From: Bacillota bacterium
GTDB lineage: Bacteria > Bacillota > UBA4882 > UBA10575
Direction of reading: 5' to 3'
DNA: 64,000 nt
NCBI GenBank assembly: GCA_012735135.1
Contig: JAAYHY010000008.1
Span: 345 to 64,344, forward strand
Shown here: piece after piece, positions 46,900 through 56,319 of the stretch
Position numbering within the stretch: position 1 is the first letter of the stretch
Layout: every line of letters starts with the position of its first letter
Position numbers and translations under genes: made by a program
Notes under the pieces: model-generated
Told to the model about the DNA's origin: nothing
Seen by the model: only the letters and a program-made list of their open reading frames with translations
Database searches by the model: none

Positions 46900-48204
46900 A
46901 TGAGAATGGTTGATCTTATCGGCCGGAAAAGGGATGGGTTGGAACATAGCCCGGAAGAGATCGATTTTATTGTCGAAGGGATTGTGAATCAGACCATCCC
47001 CGATTACCAACTGGCAGCATGGTGCATGGCTGTTTATTTCCAAGGGATGACACCGCGGGAAGCCCGGGATTTGGCGGTGAAGATGGCAGCCTGCGGCGAG
47101 CAGGTTGATCTATCGTCAATCCCTGGGATCAAGATCGATAAACACTCCACGGGCGGGGTTGGCGATAAAACTTCACTGGTGGTCGCCCCATTAGTAGCGG
47201 CGGCCGGGATCCCGGTTTGTAAGATGTCCGGCCGCGGTTTGGGCCATACCGGTGGCACCATTGACAAACTGGAATCAATCCCCGGTTTCCGCACCGAGCT
47301 TGCCCTTCCTGAGCTGTTTGCGCAAGTGAAAACGGTTGGTATCGGGTTGGTCGGACAGACCGGTAACCTCGTTCCCGCCGATAAACAACTTTACGCATTA
47401 AGGGATGTCACCGGCACGGTGGCCAGTATCCCCTTGATTGCAACCAGTATCATGAGTAAAAAGTTAGCCGGTGGGGCCGATGGCTTTGTTCTTGATGTGA
47501 AGGTTGGCAACGGCGCCTTCCTGAAAACGAAAGAAGAAGCGGAAAAACTGGGCGAATTAATGGTGGCCATTGGCAAAAATGCCGGCCGTAAGACGGTGGC
47601 TGTCCTTTCCGCCATGGACCAACCGCTGGGGCAAGCCATTGGGAACGCTTTGGAGGTTAAGGAAGCCATTGCCACTTTGCGCGGGGAAGGCCCTCCGGAT
47701 CTGGAAGAACTCTCTTTGGTCCTGGGGGCCCAGATGTTGGTCTTGGCCGGACAAGAGACGGATGCCGTCCAGGCTCAAGTCAAACTGAAAGCACTGATTA
47801 ACGGCGGGGAAGGGTTGCGTGTCTTCCGCCGCTGGGTAGAAGCCCAGGGAGGGGATGCACGGGTCGTTGATGATCCCGACCTGCTTCCGACTGCTCCGGT
47901 GGTCGTCAAGGTGAAAAGTCCGGCCCGGGGTTATCTAACCGCTTGGGAGACGGAGGCTTTAGGCTTGACCTCAATGCGTTTAGGCGCCGGACGAGCCCGG
48001 AAAGGGGATCCCATCGACCATGGCGTTGGTTTAGTGATTGAAAAGAAGATCGGGGACTGGGTCGAAGCCGGTGAAGATATCGCCAAGGTTTATGCCAACT
48101 CCGAGGCGGAAGCTGCCGCCGCGGTGGCTGAGGTCTTAACGGAGGTTAAAATCGGAACGGTTCGCCCACCGGTTTCACCATTGGTGATCGGTTATATTAT
48201 TTAA
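46900..48204 (+). CDS. pdp: Pyrimidine-nucleoside (thymidine) phosphorylase
   Basis: I.KKRDG..L, DKHSTGGVGD, SGRGLGHTGGT.DKLE. Confidence 0.92.
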   Translation: MRMVDLIGRKRDGLEHSPEEIDFIVEGIVNQTIPDYQLAAWCMAVYFQGMTPREARDLAVKMAACGEQVDLSSIPGIKIDKHSTGGVGDKTSLVVAPLVAAAGIPVCKMSGRGLGHTGGTIDKLESIPGFRTELALPELFAQVKTVGIGLVGQTGNLVPADKQLYALRDVTGTVASIPLIATSIMSKKLAGGADGFVLDVKVGNGAFLKTKEEAEKLGELMVAIGKNAGRKTVAVLSAMDQPLGQAIGNALEVKEAIATLRGEGPPDLEELSLVLGAQMLVLAGQETDAVQAQVKLKALINGGEGLRVFRRWVEAQGGDARVVDDPDLLPTAPVVVKVKSPARGYLTAWETEALGLTSMRLGAGRARKGDPIDHGVGLVIEKKIGDWVEAGEDIAKVYANSEAEAAAAVAEVLTEVKIGTVRPPVSPLVIGYII

Positions 48205-48322
48205 TCAGCTTTCTGTGTTATCGAGTTTGTTGACGCAAAACCCTTGTTCTATTTACTATTGACCCGCTGGAATAGAGGCAGGGAAGGACCGAAGGGCTTT
48301 GCCAGACTAATAAAGGAGTGAG

Positions 48323-49642
48323 ATGATGGGACTCTTATCATTTAAAAAGGGGATCCATCCCCCGACCAATAAAGATTTGACTGCTTCTTCGCCCGTCGAA
48401 GAAATGCCGCTCCCGTCCCAAGTGGTCTTACCCCTGGGCCAACATATCGGCGCGCCGGCCGAACCCTTGGTGGCCGTGGGGGACGAAGTGGCGACCGGCG
48501 AGAAGATTGCCGAAGCCAAGGGGATGGTTTCCGTTCCCTTACACGCCAGCATTTCCGGGAAAGTGGCAGCCATTGAACCCCGACCGCACGTCTGTGGAAG
48601 TATGGCGCCGGCGATTGTGATTGAGGGGGACGGCGCCGATCGTCTTGCTCCGGGGTTATCCGCCAACCGTCGTCTGGAGGAGCTGGCCGCGGAAGAAATC
48701 AAGGCTTTAATGAAAGAAGCCGGTTTGGTCGGGATGGGGGGCGCCGCTTTTCCCACCCATGTCAAATATAACCCGCCCGCCGGGAAAGTGGATTACGTCC
48801 TGTTAAACGGCGCCGAATGTGAACCCTATTTAACCTGTGACCACCGGCTTATGGTTGAAAAGGCCGATGATGTGATCCTCGGTTTACAAGCTTTTATGAA
48901 GGCGGCGGGCGCGCCCCGGGGGGTAATCGGGGTGGAAGCCAATAAACCCGACGCGATTGCGGCCTTGCGGCAAGCAGCGGCCGGATTACCCGTGACGATC
49001 CTGCCCTTAAAGGTTAAATACCCGCAAGGGGAGGAGAAAATGTTAATTTATGCCGCGACCCGCCGGGTGGTGCCGGCCGGTGGTTTACCGGCCGAGGTGG
49101 GCGTGATCGTCAACAATGTGGCGACGGCCGCCGCCTTTGGCTATTATCTCCGGAAAGGAATACCCTTGGTGAGCCGGATCATCACGGTTACCGGGAAAGG
49201 AGTTAGAAACCCCAAGAATCTCCTGGTCCGGATCGGGACTTTACTAGAAGAGGTCATCGCTTATTGCGGCGGGTTTACCGAAGCGCCGGGACGGATCATC
49301 TTAGGGGGACCGATGACGGGACCGGCGGTTTACCGTCTGGATTTGCCGGTGATGAAAGGCACCTCCGGGGTTCTGGTCCAGACCCGGGCCGAGGTGGAAA
49401 AGCCCCGGGTTTTACCTTGTATTCGTTGCGGGAAATGCGGAGCGGCTTGCCCTTATAACTTACTCCCTAATTACCTGAGCGATTATGCGGAGCATGCCAA
49501 ATTGCCGGAGGCGGAGAAATACGGAATCATGGATTGCCGGGAATGTGGCGCCTGCAGTTACGTCTGTCCCAGCAGGCGGCCGTTGCTTCAGAATATAAAA
49601 AACGCCAAACAGAAGATTATGGCGGCACGAAAAAAAGGATAA
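48323..49642 (+). CDS. rnfC: Rnf electron transport complex subunit C
   Basis: F.GG.HP, GMGGA.FPT..K, and two 4Fe-4S Cys clusters (C.RCG.C...CP, C.ECG.C.YVCPS). Confidence 0.93.
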   Translation: MMGLLSFKKGIHPPTNKDLTASSPVEEMPLPSQVVLPLGQHIGAPAEPLVAVGDEVATGEKIAEAKGMVSVPLHASISGKVAAIEPRPHVCGSMAPAIVIEGDGADRLAPGLSANRRLEELAAEEIKALMKEAGLVGMGGAAFPTHVKYNPPAGKVDYVLLNGAECEPYLTCDHRLMVEKADDVILGLQAFMKAAGAPRGVIGVEANKPDAIAALRQAAAGLPVTILPLKVKYPQGEEKMLIYAATRRVVPAGGLPAEVGVIVNNVATAAAFGYYLRKGIPLVSRIITVTGKGVRNPKNLLVRIGTLLEEVIAYCGGFTEAPGRIILGGPMTGPAVYRLDLPVMKGTSGVLVQTRAEVEKPRVLPCIRCGKCGAACPYNLLPNYLSDYAEHAKLPEAEKYGIMDCRECGACSYVCPSRRPLLQNIKNAKQKIMAARKKG

Positions 49643-49657
49643 AGGGAGGTCATTTTC

Positions 49658-50695
49658 TTGTTAGAAACGGAAGTTGTTGTCTCCCCATCCCCCCATCTGC
49701 GTTCGGGGGTAAATGCGGAGGCGATTATGTGGATGGTTGTTTTAGCTTTGGTCCCGGCCTCGATTGCCGCCGTTTACTTTTTCGGTTGGCCGACGTTGAC
49801 CTTACTTCTGGCTTCGATTGGGGCGGCGGTGTTGACAGAGGCGGTTACCGTCCTGATCATGAAGCGGCCGTTGACCATTAACGATGGAAGCGCCGTGGTG
49901 ACCGGTCTCTTGTTGGCATTAACCCTTCCGCCGACTGTTCCGGTGTGGATCCCGGTGGTGGGTTCGGCTTTTGCAATTATTTTTGGTAAACAGATTTACG
50001 GCGGCTTGGGCTTTAACCCTTTCAACCCGGCTTTAATCGGGCGTGCCTTTTTACTTGCCTCTTGGCCCAAATTGATGGTGAACTGGGTTTGGCCGGAAGG
50101 TTCCCTCGGATGGGTTACGGGAAAGGTTGGGGCGCTCGCCGGTGCGACTACAAGCGCCACGGCGAGTGCTACTGCCGGCGCCACTGCCGGCGCCACAATC
50201 CAAACGGTTGATGCTATAGCGGGCGCTACCCCTCTTGGCCTCTGGCGGGGAGGAATTACAGATGTTCCTTATCTCCAAATGTACCTTGGCAACATCGCCG
50301 GCTCGCTGGGGGAGACATCAGCCTTGGCCATTTTACTTGGCGGGTTGTTCCTGCTGGTCTTTAAGGTCATCGACTGGCGGCTCCCTTGCAGTTACTTGGG
50401 GACCGTTGCTTTACTGGCTTTTCTGATGGGAGAAGATCCTCTCTTTCATTTATTGGCGGGCGGTCTCCTTTTTGGGGCTTTCTTTATGGCCACCGATTAT
50501 GTGACGACGCCGGTTACGCCTCGTGGGCGTCTGCTTTTCGGGATCGGTTGCGGTCTGTTGACATTCTTGATCCGGAAATATGGCGGCTTTCCGGAAGGGG
50601 TATGTTATTCGATCCTAATCATGAATATTACGACGCCGCTTTTAGACCGTTGGACGGTGCCGAAAAGGTTCGGGGAGGTGAAAGCTAATGGGTAA
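49658..50695 (+). CDS. rnfD: Rnf complex subunit D (NqrB family)
   Basis: SPH, multi-TM, and the D..AGATPL flavinylation-type motif. TTG start with a GGAGG SD. It contains an Ala/Thr/Gly/Ser repeat insertion (see findings). Confidence 0.92.
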   Translation: MLETEVVVSPSPHLRSGVNAEAIMWMVVLALVPASIAAVYFFGWPTLTLLLASIGAAVLTEAVTVLIMKRPLTINDGSAVVTGLLLALTLPPTVPVWIPVVGSAFAIIFGKQIYGGLGFNPFNPALIGRAFLLASWPKLMVNWVWPEGSLGWVTGKVGALAGATTSATASATAGATAGATIQTVDAIAGATPLGLWRGGITDVPYLQMYLGNIAGSLGETSALAILLGGLFLLVFKVIDWRLPCSYLGTVALLAFLMGEDPLFHLLAGGLLFGAFFMATDYVTTPVTPRGRLLFGIGCGLLTFLIRKYGGFPEGVCYSILIMNITTPLLDRWTVPKRFGEVKANG

Positions 50696-51290
50696 GGAGC
50701 TTCGGTTGGTTCTGGTTTTAACCATTATTTGCGTAGTATCCGCGGCCGTTTTGGGGTGGATTAACTTCCTGACTGAACCGGTGATTAAGGATCAAAGAGA
50801 ACTTGCTAAGCAAAAGGCTTTACAAGAAGTTTTACCCACCGCCACCGAATTTCAGGCGGAACCGGCTTTGATCGAAGATATAAGTCAATCAGGGGTAACC
50901 GGGATAATGGAAATCTACCGCGGTTTCAGCGGTGAAGAGCAGGAAGGTTTTGTTTTTACCGTCGACCAACAGGGATATGCCAGCGTGATCCGGATGGTAG
51001 TCGGAGTAACATTGGACGGGAAATTGGCCGGGTTAAGTGTGATCAGTCAAACAGAAACCCCTGGGCTTGGGGCGGAGGTGACGGATGAAGAGTTTTTATC
51101 ACAACCGGCTTTTCGTAGGGCGAAGATCGGGGACCAACTGGGCGTCACGAAGGATAATGGAGAAGTAGAAGCGATCGCCAGTGCGACCATCTCCTCGCGG
51201 GCAGTTGTGCGTGGAGTTAATGCGGCTTTAACGGCTGCCGGCTTGCTGCTGGCAGAGGAAAATGGGATCGGGGGTGTAAGCGGTGACTAA
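50688..51290 (+). CDS. rnfG: Rnf complex subunit G (FMN-binding)
   Basis: N-terminal TM segment, and an FMN_bind domain with ETPGLG and D...(S)ATISS motifs. Confidence 0.9.
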   Translation: MGKELRLVLVLTIICVVSAAVLGWINFLTEPVIKDQRELAKQKALQEVLPTATEFQAEPALIEDISQSGVTGIMEIYRGFSGEEQEGFVFTVDQQGYASVIRMVVGVTLDGKLAGLSVISQTETPGLGAEVTDEEFLSQPAFRRAKIGDQLGVTKDNGEVEAIASATISSRAVVRGVNAALTAAGLLLAEENGIGGVSGD

Positions 51291-51912
51291 ATGGCAAATC
51301 TTTAAGAACGGTGTATTTAACGAAAACCCTACTTTTCGTCTTGTTTTAGGGATGTGTCCTACTTTGGCGGTGACTACCGCAGTGGTGAACGGACTCGGCA
51401 TGGGGATTGCCACGGCCTTGGTCCTGACCGGTTCAAATATCATCATTTCATTGTTGCGGAATTTAATTCCTAAAGAAATCCGGATTCCCGCTTATATTGT
51501 GGTTATTGCCAGTTTTACAACCATTATTGATATGACGATGGAGGCGGTGGTACCGGATTTACATGGTGTCCTCGGACTTTTTATCCCGTTGATCGTCGTA
51601 AATTGTATTGTTCTAGCCCGGGCGGAAGCTTTTGCTTCCAAGCATAAGCCAAGCGAGGCGATGATGGATGGATTAGGGATTGGTCTTGGTTTTACCTTAG
51701 CTTTAACCATTTTATGTTCAATCCGGGAGTTGCTGGGGACTGGAACGATACTTAAGGCGCGCGATTTTGGCTTTGCCGGGTGGCATCTTTTTGCCAAAGA
51801 CTTGGGGGTAAAACTTTTGATCTTGCCACCGGGCGCCTTTATCACTCTGGGTTTGCTCCTGGCCGGGATTAATTGGCTTGTTGCCAAGAGGGGGGAGAAG
51901 AAGCATGAGTGA
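51283..51912 (+). CDS. rnfE: Rnf complex subunit E
   Basis: NP......LG.CP.LAVT, G.FIPLI.VNC..L.RAEAFA. Confidence 0.92.
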   Translation: MTKWQIFKNGVFNENPTFRLVLGMCPTLAVTTAVVNGLGMGIATALVLTGSNIIISLLRNLIPKEIRIPAYIVVIASFTTIIDMTMEAVVPDLHGVLGLFIPLIVVNCIVLARAEAFASKHKPSEAMMDGLGIGLGFTLALTILCSIRELLGTGTILKARDFGFAGWHLFAKDLGVKLLILPPGAFITLGLLLAGINWLVAKRGEKKHE

Positions 51913-52498
51913 GTATTTATTGATCGTTTTCAGTTCGATTTTTATTAATAATTTTATTACTTCGCGTTTTTTGGGGATTTGCCCGTTTTTAGGCGTCTCC
52001 AAACAGGTAGAGACGGCGACGGGAATGGGACTGGCGGGGACTTTTGTCATGGCTTTGGCTTCCGGGATCACCTATTGGGTGCAGAAAGTGCTGGTCGCCT
52101 TTGACATTGAGTTTTTGCAGACGATCACGTTCATTTTGGTCATTGCCGTCCTGGTGCAATTTGTGGAGATGGTGATTAAAAAGAGTAGTCCGGTCCTCTA
52201 CCGGGCGTTGGGGATTTATCTCCCTTTGATCACTACGAACTGTGCGGTTTTGGGGGTTACCATTATCAACGTGACCGAGAATTATAATTTTTTGCAATCG
52301 GTCGTTAGCGGGATCGGCGGGGCCCTTGGTTTTTCGCTATTGCTCATTTTGTTTGCCGGTATCCGGGAGCGGTTGGCGTTGGCGCCCTTACCCAAAGCGA
52401 TGGAGGGCTTTCCGATTGCCCTGATTACCGCCGGGTTGATCTCCATTGCTTTTCTTGGCTTTTCCGGATTTAACCTTGCGGCTTTACTCAATTTTTAG
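51905..52498 (+). CDS. rnfA: Rnf complex subunit A
   Basis: NN........G.CPFLGVS, LGI(Y/F)[15 protein letters not shown] 51905 overlaps the rnfE end. Confidence 0.92.
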   Translation: MSEYLLIVFSSIFINNFITSRFLGICPFLGVSKQVETATGMGLAGTFVMALASGITYWVQKVLVAFDIEFLQTITFILVIAVLVQFVEMVIKKSSPVLYRALGIYLPLITTNCAVLGVTIINVTENYNFLQSVVSGIGGALGFSLLLILFAGIRERLALAPLPKAMEGFPIALITAGLISIAFLGFSGFNLAALLNF

Positions 52499-52658
52499 CC
52501 GACCCGTTATATGGGGTGGCCTAAGATCGACTTAGCTTTTTCCTTTGATTGCATAAAAAGATTCCAGCCCAGGATCGGTGTTTTAAGCATCCATATATGA
52601 TCCGGGGCATATTACACCAATAAAAAAACGGAAAAAGCCCAACTAGAGGAGGGAAAAC

Positions 52659-53483
52659 ATGGAAGCCGGAAGTTTGCAGGTTATTCTGAATGCCGTTGTC
52701 GTCTTGTTTGTGTTGGGCGTGGCTTTTGGCGTAGGCTTGGCTTTTGCTTCCCGGAAATTAACGGTGGAAAGCGACCCCCGTATCGAAGAGATTGAAGCGC
52801 TTTTGCCTGGCGCTAATTGCGGAGGGTGCGGTTATCCCGGGTGCCGTGGATTGGCGGAAGCGATTGTCGGCGGGGCCGCGCCGGTAACCGCTTGTCCGGT
52901 GGCCAAAGACCATACCCCCATTGCGCGGGTGATGGGGGTGGAAACCGTGGCCGTTGAGCCGAAGGTGGCCAGGGTAAGATGTGCCGGCGGGCTTCAGGAA
53001 GCCCGGCAACGTTTTATTTACCTTGGGGTGGAAGATTGTGTGGCAGCCCAGAATCTGGGCGGTGGGCCTAAAGCCTGTGAATATGGTTGTCTTGGGTTAG
53101 GCACTTGTGTCAAAGCCTGTCCCTTCGGGGCGATGACCATGTCCAAGAATGGACTGCCGGTGGTGGACGAAACCAAGTGCACCGCTTGTGGAATGTGTGT
53201 CAAGGCCTGTCCCCGCCAGTTGATCACCTTATGGCCGGTGGCAAAAAGGGTGACCGTGCTCTGTATGAACCGGGAGAAAGGAACGGCGGTCCGGCCTGTT
53301 TGTCAAGTGGGTTGTATCGGTTGTCGAATCTGTGAGAAGAACTGTCCGAGCAACGCCATTACCGTTGAGCATAATTTAGCCCGGATAGATCCGCAACTCT
53401 GTACCGAATGTGAAATTTGTGTTGAGAAGTGCCCGATGAAGACGATTAAAAGCAAGAAAAAGCAGGAAAGAGCGGCCGGATAG
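52659..53483 (+). CDS. rnfB: Rnf complex subunit B (polyferredoxin)
   Basis: N-terminal TM segment, LPG.NCGGCG.PGC, and several CxxCxxCxxxCP ferredoxin motifs. Confidence 0.92.
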   Translation: MEAGSLQVILNAVVVLFVLGVAFGVGLAFASRKLTVESDPRIEEIEALLPGANCGGCGYPGCRGLAEAIVGGAAPVTACPVAKDHTPIARVMGVETVAVEPKVARVRCAGGLQEARQRFIYLGVEDCVAAQNLGGGPKACEYGCLGLGTCVKACPFGAMTMSKNGLPVVDETKCTACGMCVKACPRQLITLWPVAKRVTVLCMNREKGTAVRPVCQVGCIGCRICEKNCPSNAITVEHNLARIDPQLCTECEICVEKCPMKTIKSKKKQERAAG

Positions 53484-53539
53484 GGAAATACTAATACTGT
53501 CCATTTACACCGTGAGCGCTTTAGCGCTAGGAGGTGGGT

Positions 53540-54223
53540 TTGATTTACCGATTGATTCTTGCTTCCGCTTCTCCCCGTCGGCAAGATCTCCTTGCTATGT
53601 TGGGCTTAGATTTTAAGGTGATGGTCAGTACCTTCGAGGAGAAGGAAAGATCCGGCCTTCCCGCTACCCCGGCCGAACTGGTAATGACTACCGCCCGGGG
53701 GAAAGCGGAGGAGATTTTCCGGATCACCTCCCGACAACCGGAGACGGCCGACGATATAGTGATCGCCGCCGATACCATCGTTGTTCTGGACGGCCGTTTT
53801 CTGGGCAAACCGGGGAGCAAAGAGGAAGCCCGCCAAATGCTGCTTGCTTTATCCGGTCGCTGGCACCAAGTTTTTACCGGTTTGGCTCTGCTCCACCGCC
53901 GGAAAAGCGTAGCGGCATATGAGATGACGAGGGTTCATTTTCGTCCGCTGACCGATGAAGAGATTAATGCTTACATTGATACCGGTGAACCGATGGATAA
54001 GGCAGGAGCTTATGGGATACAGGGGTTGGGCGCGATTTTTATCGACCGGATCGATGGTTGTTTTTATAATGTGATGGGCCTCCCTGTACCCCGTTTGGCT
54101 CTTCTTTTAAGGGAATACGGGATTACCTTGCCGGAGGTGAAGACCCTTGGCCGGACCGGTGATCAAAAGCTTGCCTGCGGGGGAGCGGCCGCGGGAACGA
54201 CTGGAGAAATACGGAGCGGATAG
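53540..54223 (+). CDS. maf: Maf-like nucleoside triphosphate pyrophosphatase
   Basis: LILAS.SPRR..LL, ADT.V and KAGAYGIQG motifs. The probable TTG 53540 start follows AGGAGG. The 3' end overlaps radC by 77 nt. Confidence 0.85.
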   Translation: MIYRLILASASPRRQDLLAMLGLDFKVMVSTFEEKERSGLPATPAELVMTTARGKAEEIFRITSRQPETADDIVIAADTIVVLDGRFLGKPGSKEEARQMLLALSGRWHQVFTGLALLHRRKSVAAYEMTRVHFRPLTDEEINAYIDTGEPMDKAGAYGIQGLGAIFIDRIDGCFYNVMGLPVPRLALLLREYGITLPEVKTLGRTGDQKLACGGAAAGTTGEIRSG

Positions 54224-54830
54224 TCTCTCGACCGTTGAATTGATGGCGATTGTGCTCCGGACAGGCGCTGCCGACCAATCAGTTCTGAATATGGCCCAAG
54301 AGTTATTGGCTAAATTTCAAAGTTTGCATAAGTTAGCCACCGCCAGTCTCCAAGAGTTATGCACGGTGCGGGGGATGGGGAAAGCAAAGGCCATTCAATT
54401 GCTGGCCGCCTTTGAACTGGGAAAACGGCTCCAGACTTCCCGTTTTCCCCAGGAGGAGCCGTTAAATTCACCCCAGGAAGTAGCCAGGTATTTATTACCC
54501 CGTTTAAGCTTTCTTACCCAGGAGCATTTTCTTACGTTACATCTTAATACCAAAAACCGGCTGCTGGGAATGGAGACAATTACCATTGGCACTTTAGATT
54601 CTTCCTTGGTTCATCCCCGGGAAGTTTTTAAAGGCGCGATCCGGCAAAGCAGTGCAGCTCTAATTTTAGCCCATAATCACCCAAGCGGAGATCCCCAGCC
54701 CAGTAAAGAAGATATCCATTTAACACGACGCCTTAAAGAGTCCGGGGAGCTCTTGGGTATCCCCATTCTCGACCATGTCATCATCGGTAACCGGAATTAT
54801 TACAGTATGAAAGAAGAAGGTTTATTTTAG
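54147..54830 (+). CDS. radC: RadC-family JAB-domain protein (UPF0758)
   Basis: IK.LP..ERPRERL...G...LS..EL.AI.LR.G and the JAMM-like motif HNHPSGDP.PS.ED. TTG start with a GGAGGTG SD. Confidence 0.88.
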   Translation: MAGPVIKSLPAGERPRERLEKYGADSLSTVELMAIVLRTGAADQSVLNMAQELLAKFQSLHKLATASLQELCTVRGMGKAKAIQLLAAFELGKRLQTSRFPQEEPLNSPQEVARYLLPRLSFLTQEHFLTLHLNTKNRLLGMETITIGTLDSSLVHPREVFKGAIRQSSAALILAHNHPSGDPQPSKEDIHLTRRLKESGELLGIPILDHVIIGNRNYYSMKEEGLF

Positions 54831-54854
54831 CAAACGAAGGACTGTTCATAGGTA

Positions 54855-54993
54855 ATCGCTCCCGTCGGCTTCCAAACCGCTCACACCAGCTTTATTTACG
54901 AAGTAAATAGACCAAAGCTGAATGAGCCGGCCAGCTGTCCTGTAAGATGATAAGGCAAAGCCCGGTGAGTCGAAAAACAGCGTAAGTATTTTC
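54855..54993 (+). repeat. Conserved structured intergenic element, copy 2 (5' of mreB), with a 54-nt hairpin insertion
   Basis: Blocks A and C, the GATGA box and the tail are shared with 30020-30103 and 39325-39406. 54877-54930 is an inserted hairpin of about 20 bp. See findings. Confidence 0.5.
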
Positions 54994-55037
54994 TATGTAA
55001 CGTCCACTTAATATTTTTCAACCGGAGGGAAAAATTG

Positions 55038-56063
55038 ATGCTCAAAAAGTTGCTCGGACGTTTCTCACGCGATATGGGAATTGATTTGGGTACGGCTAAT
55101 ACACTGGTTTTTGTTAAAAACCAAGGGATTGTCCTCCAGGAACCAACGGTGGTCGCCTTCGACCGGGAGACGGAGCAATTAATCGCCGTTGGCTTGGAAG
55201 CTAAACAGATGGTTGGGCGGACCCCTGGCAGTATTGTTGCGGTCCGGCCCATGAAAGACGGCGTGATCGCCGATTTTGAAGTCACAGAAAAAATGTTACA
55301 GTATTATATCAAAAAAGCCGGGGCACGCAAGGCTTTTCTGGCGCCCCGGGTGATCGTGGGGGTTCCCTCCGGGGTGACCGAGGTGGAAAGACGGGCGGTT
55401 ATGGATGCGGCGCGGGAAGCCGGCGCCCGTGAGGTCTTTTTAATCGAAGAACCAATGGCCGCCGCCATTGGGGCCGGCTTACCCATTCAGGAGCCTACCG
55501 GCAACCTGATCGTGGATATTGGCGGGGGAACGACGGAAGTAGCCGTCATCTCCCTGGGCGGGATCGTGACCAGCCGTTCGATCCGGGTGGCCGGGGACGA
55601 AATGAATGAAGCTATCGCCCAGTACATTAAGAGAAGTTATAATTTGATGGTTGGCGAACAGACGGCCGAGGAGATTAAACGGACCGTGGGCTCCGCCTAT
55701 CCACAGAAAGAGGAAGAGTCCATCGAGGTCCGGGGCCGGGATCTGGTTACCGGTTTACCGAAGGTGATTACCCTTTCTTCCCGGGAAGTGATGGAAGCCT
55801 TGGCGGAGCCGGTGGGGACGATTGTGGAAGCGGTGAAGATGACTTTGGAGAAAACCCCTCCGGAACTTGCCGCGGATATTTTGGACCGGGGGATTGTGAT
55901 GTCGGGAGGCGGCGCCCTCCTCCGGGGCTTGGACCGCCTGTTGGCGGAAGAAACCGAAATGCCGGTGCAAGTGGCCGAAGATCCCTTGACGTGTGTCGCC
56001 AGGGGTACGGGTTTGGCCCTTGATGCCCTGGATGAGCTGAGGAAAGTTTTGATTTCTAAATAG
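55038..56063 (+). CDS. mreB: Rod shape-determining protein MreB
   Basis: [11 protein letters not shown], actin-like ATPase motifs (EP.AAAIGAG, DIGGGTT.VAV). 341 aa. GGAGGG SD. Confidence 0.96.
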   Translation: MLKKLLGRFSRDMGIDLGTANTLVFVKNQGIVLQEPTVVAFDRETEQLIAVGLEAKQMVGRTPGSIVAVRPMKDGVIADFEVTEKMLQYYIKKAGARKAFLAPRVIVGVPSGVTEVERRAVMDAAREAGAREVFLIEEPMAAAIGAGLPIQEPTGNLIVDIGGGTTEVAVISLGGIVTSRSIRVAGDEMNEAIAQYIKRSYNLMVGEQTAEEIKRTVGSAYPQKEEESIEVRGRDLVTGLPKVITLSSREVMEALAEPVGTIVEAVKMTLEKTPPELAADILDRGIVMSGGGALLRGLDRLLAEETEMPVQVAEDPLTCVARGTGLALDALDELRKVLISK

Positions 56064-56319
56064 TCTATCCTTCCAGTTCAAACCGGGGCACGTAAAAGAA
56101 AGGATGAAAATGAAATTCCAGCTACAATCTCTGCCAGAGCAGAATGGTGTTTCCTTGTTCCACTGAATTTCCTCGGGTATTCCAAGCCCGGCCCCGGTTG
56201 AAAGCGGGCAGGCGCCAACGGGAGAGTATCCTTTCGGATTATGGGAATTGCATCTTTAAAAGTTTTTATAAGACCAAATGTGGGCCGAGCTTTTCATCCC
56301 TTTCAGGGCTGCCCTCAAG

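Noticed and set aside
52499-52658. The 160-nt rnfA-rnfB spacer, with a weak hairpin CTAAG-ATCGA-CTTAG plus CTTTTT (52521-41), considered as a regulated attenuator.
   Set aside because: The stem is only 5 bp. rnfB is commonly separated from rnfA in clostridial rnf operons, and nothing else distinctive appears in the spacer.
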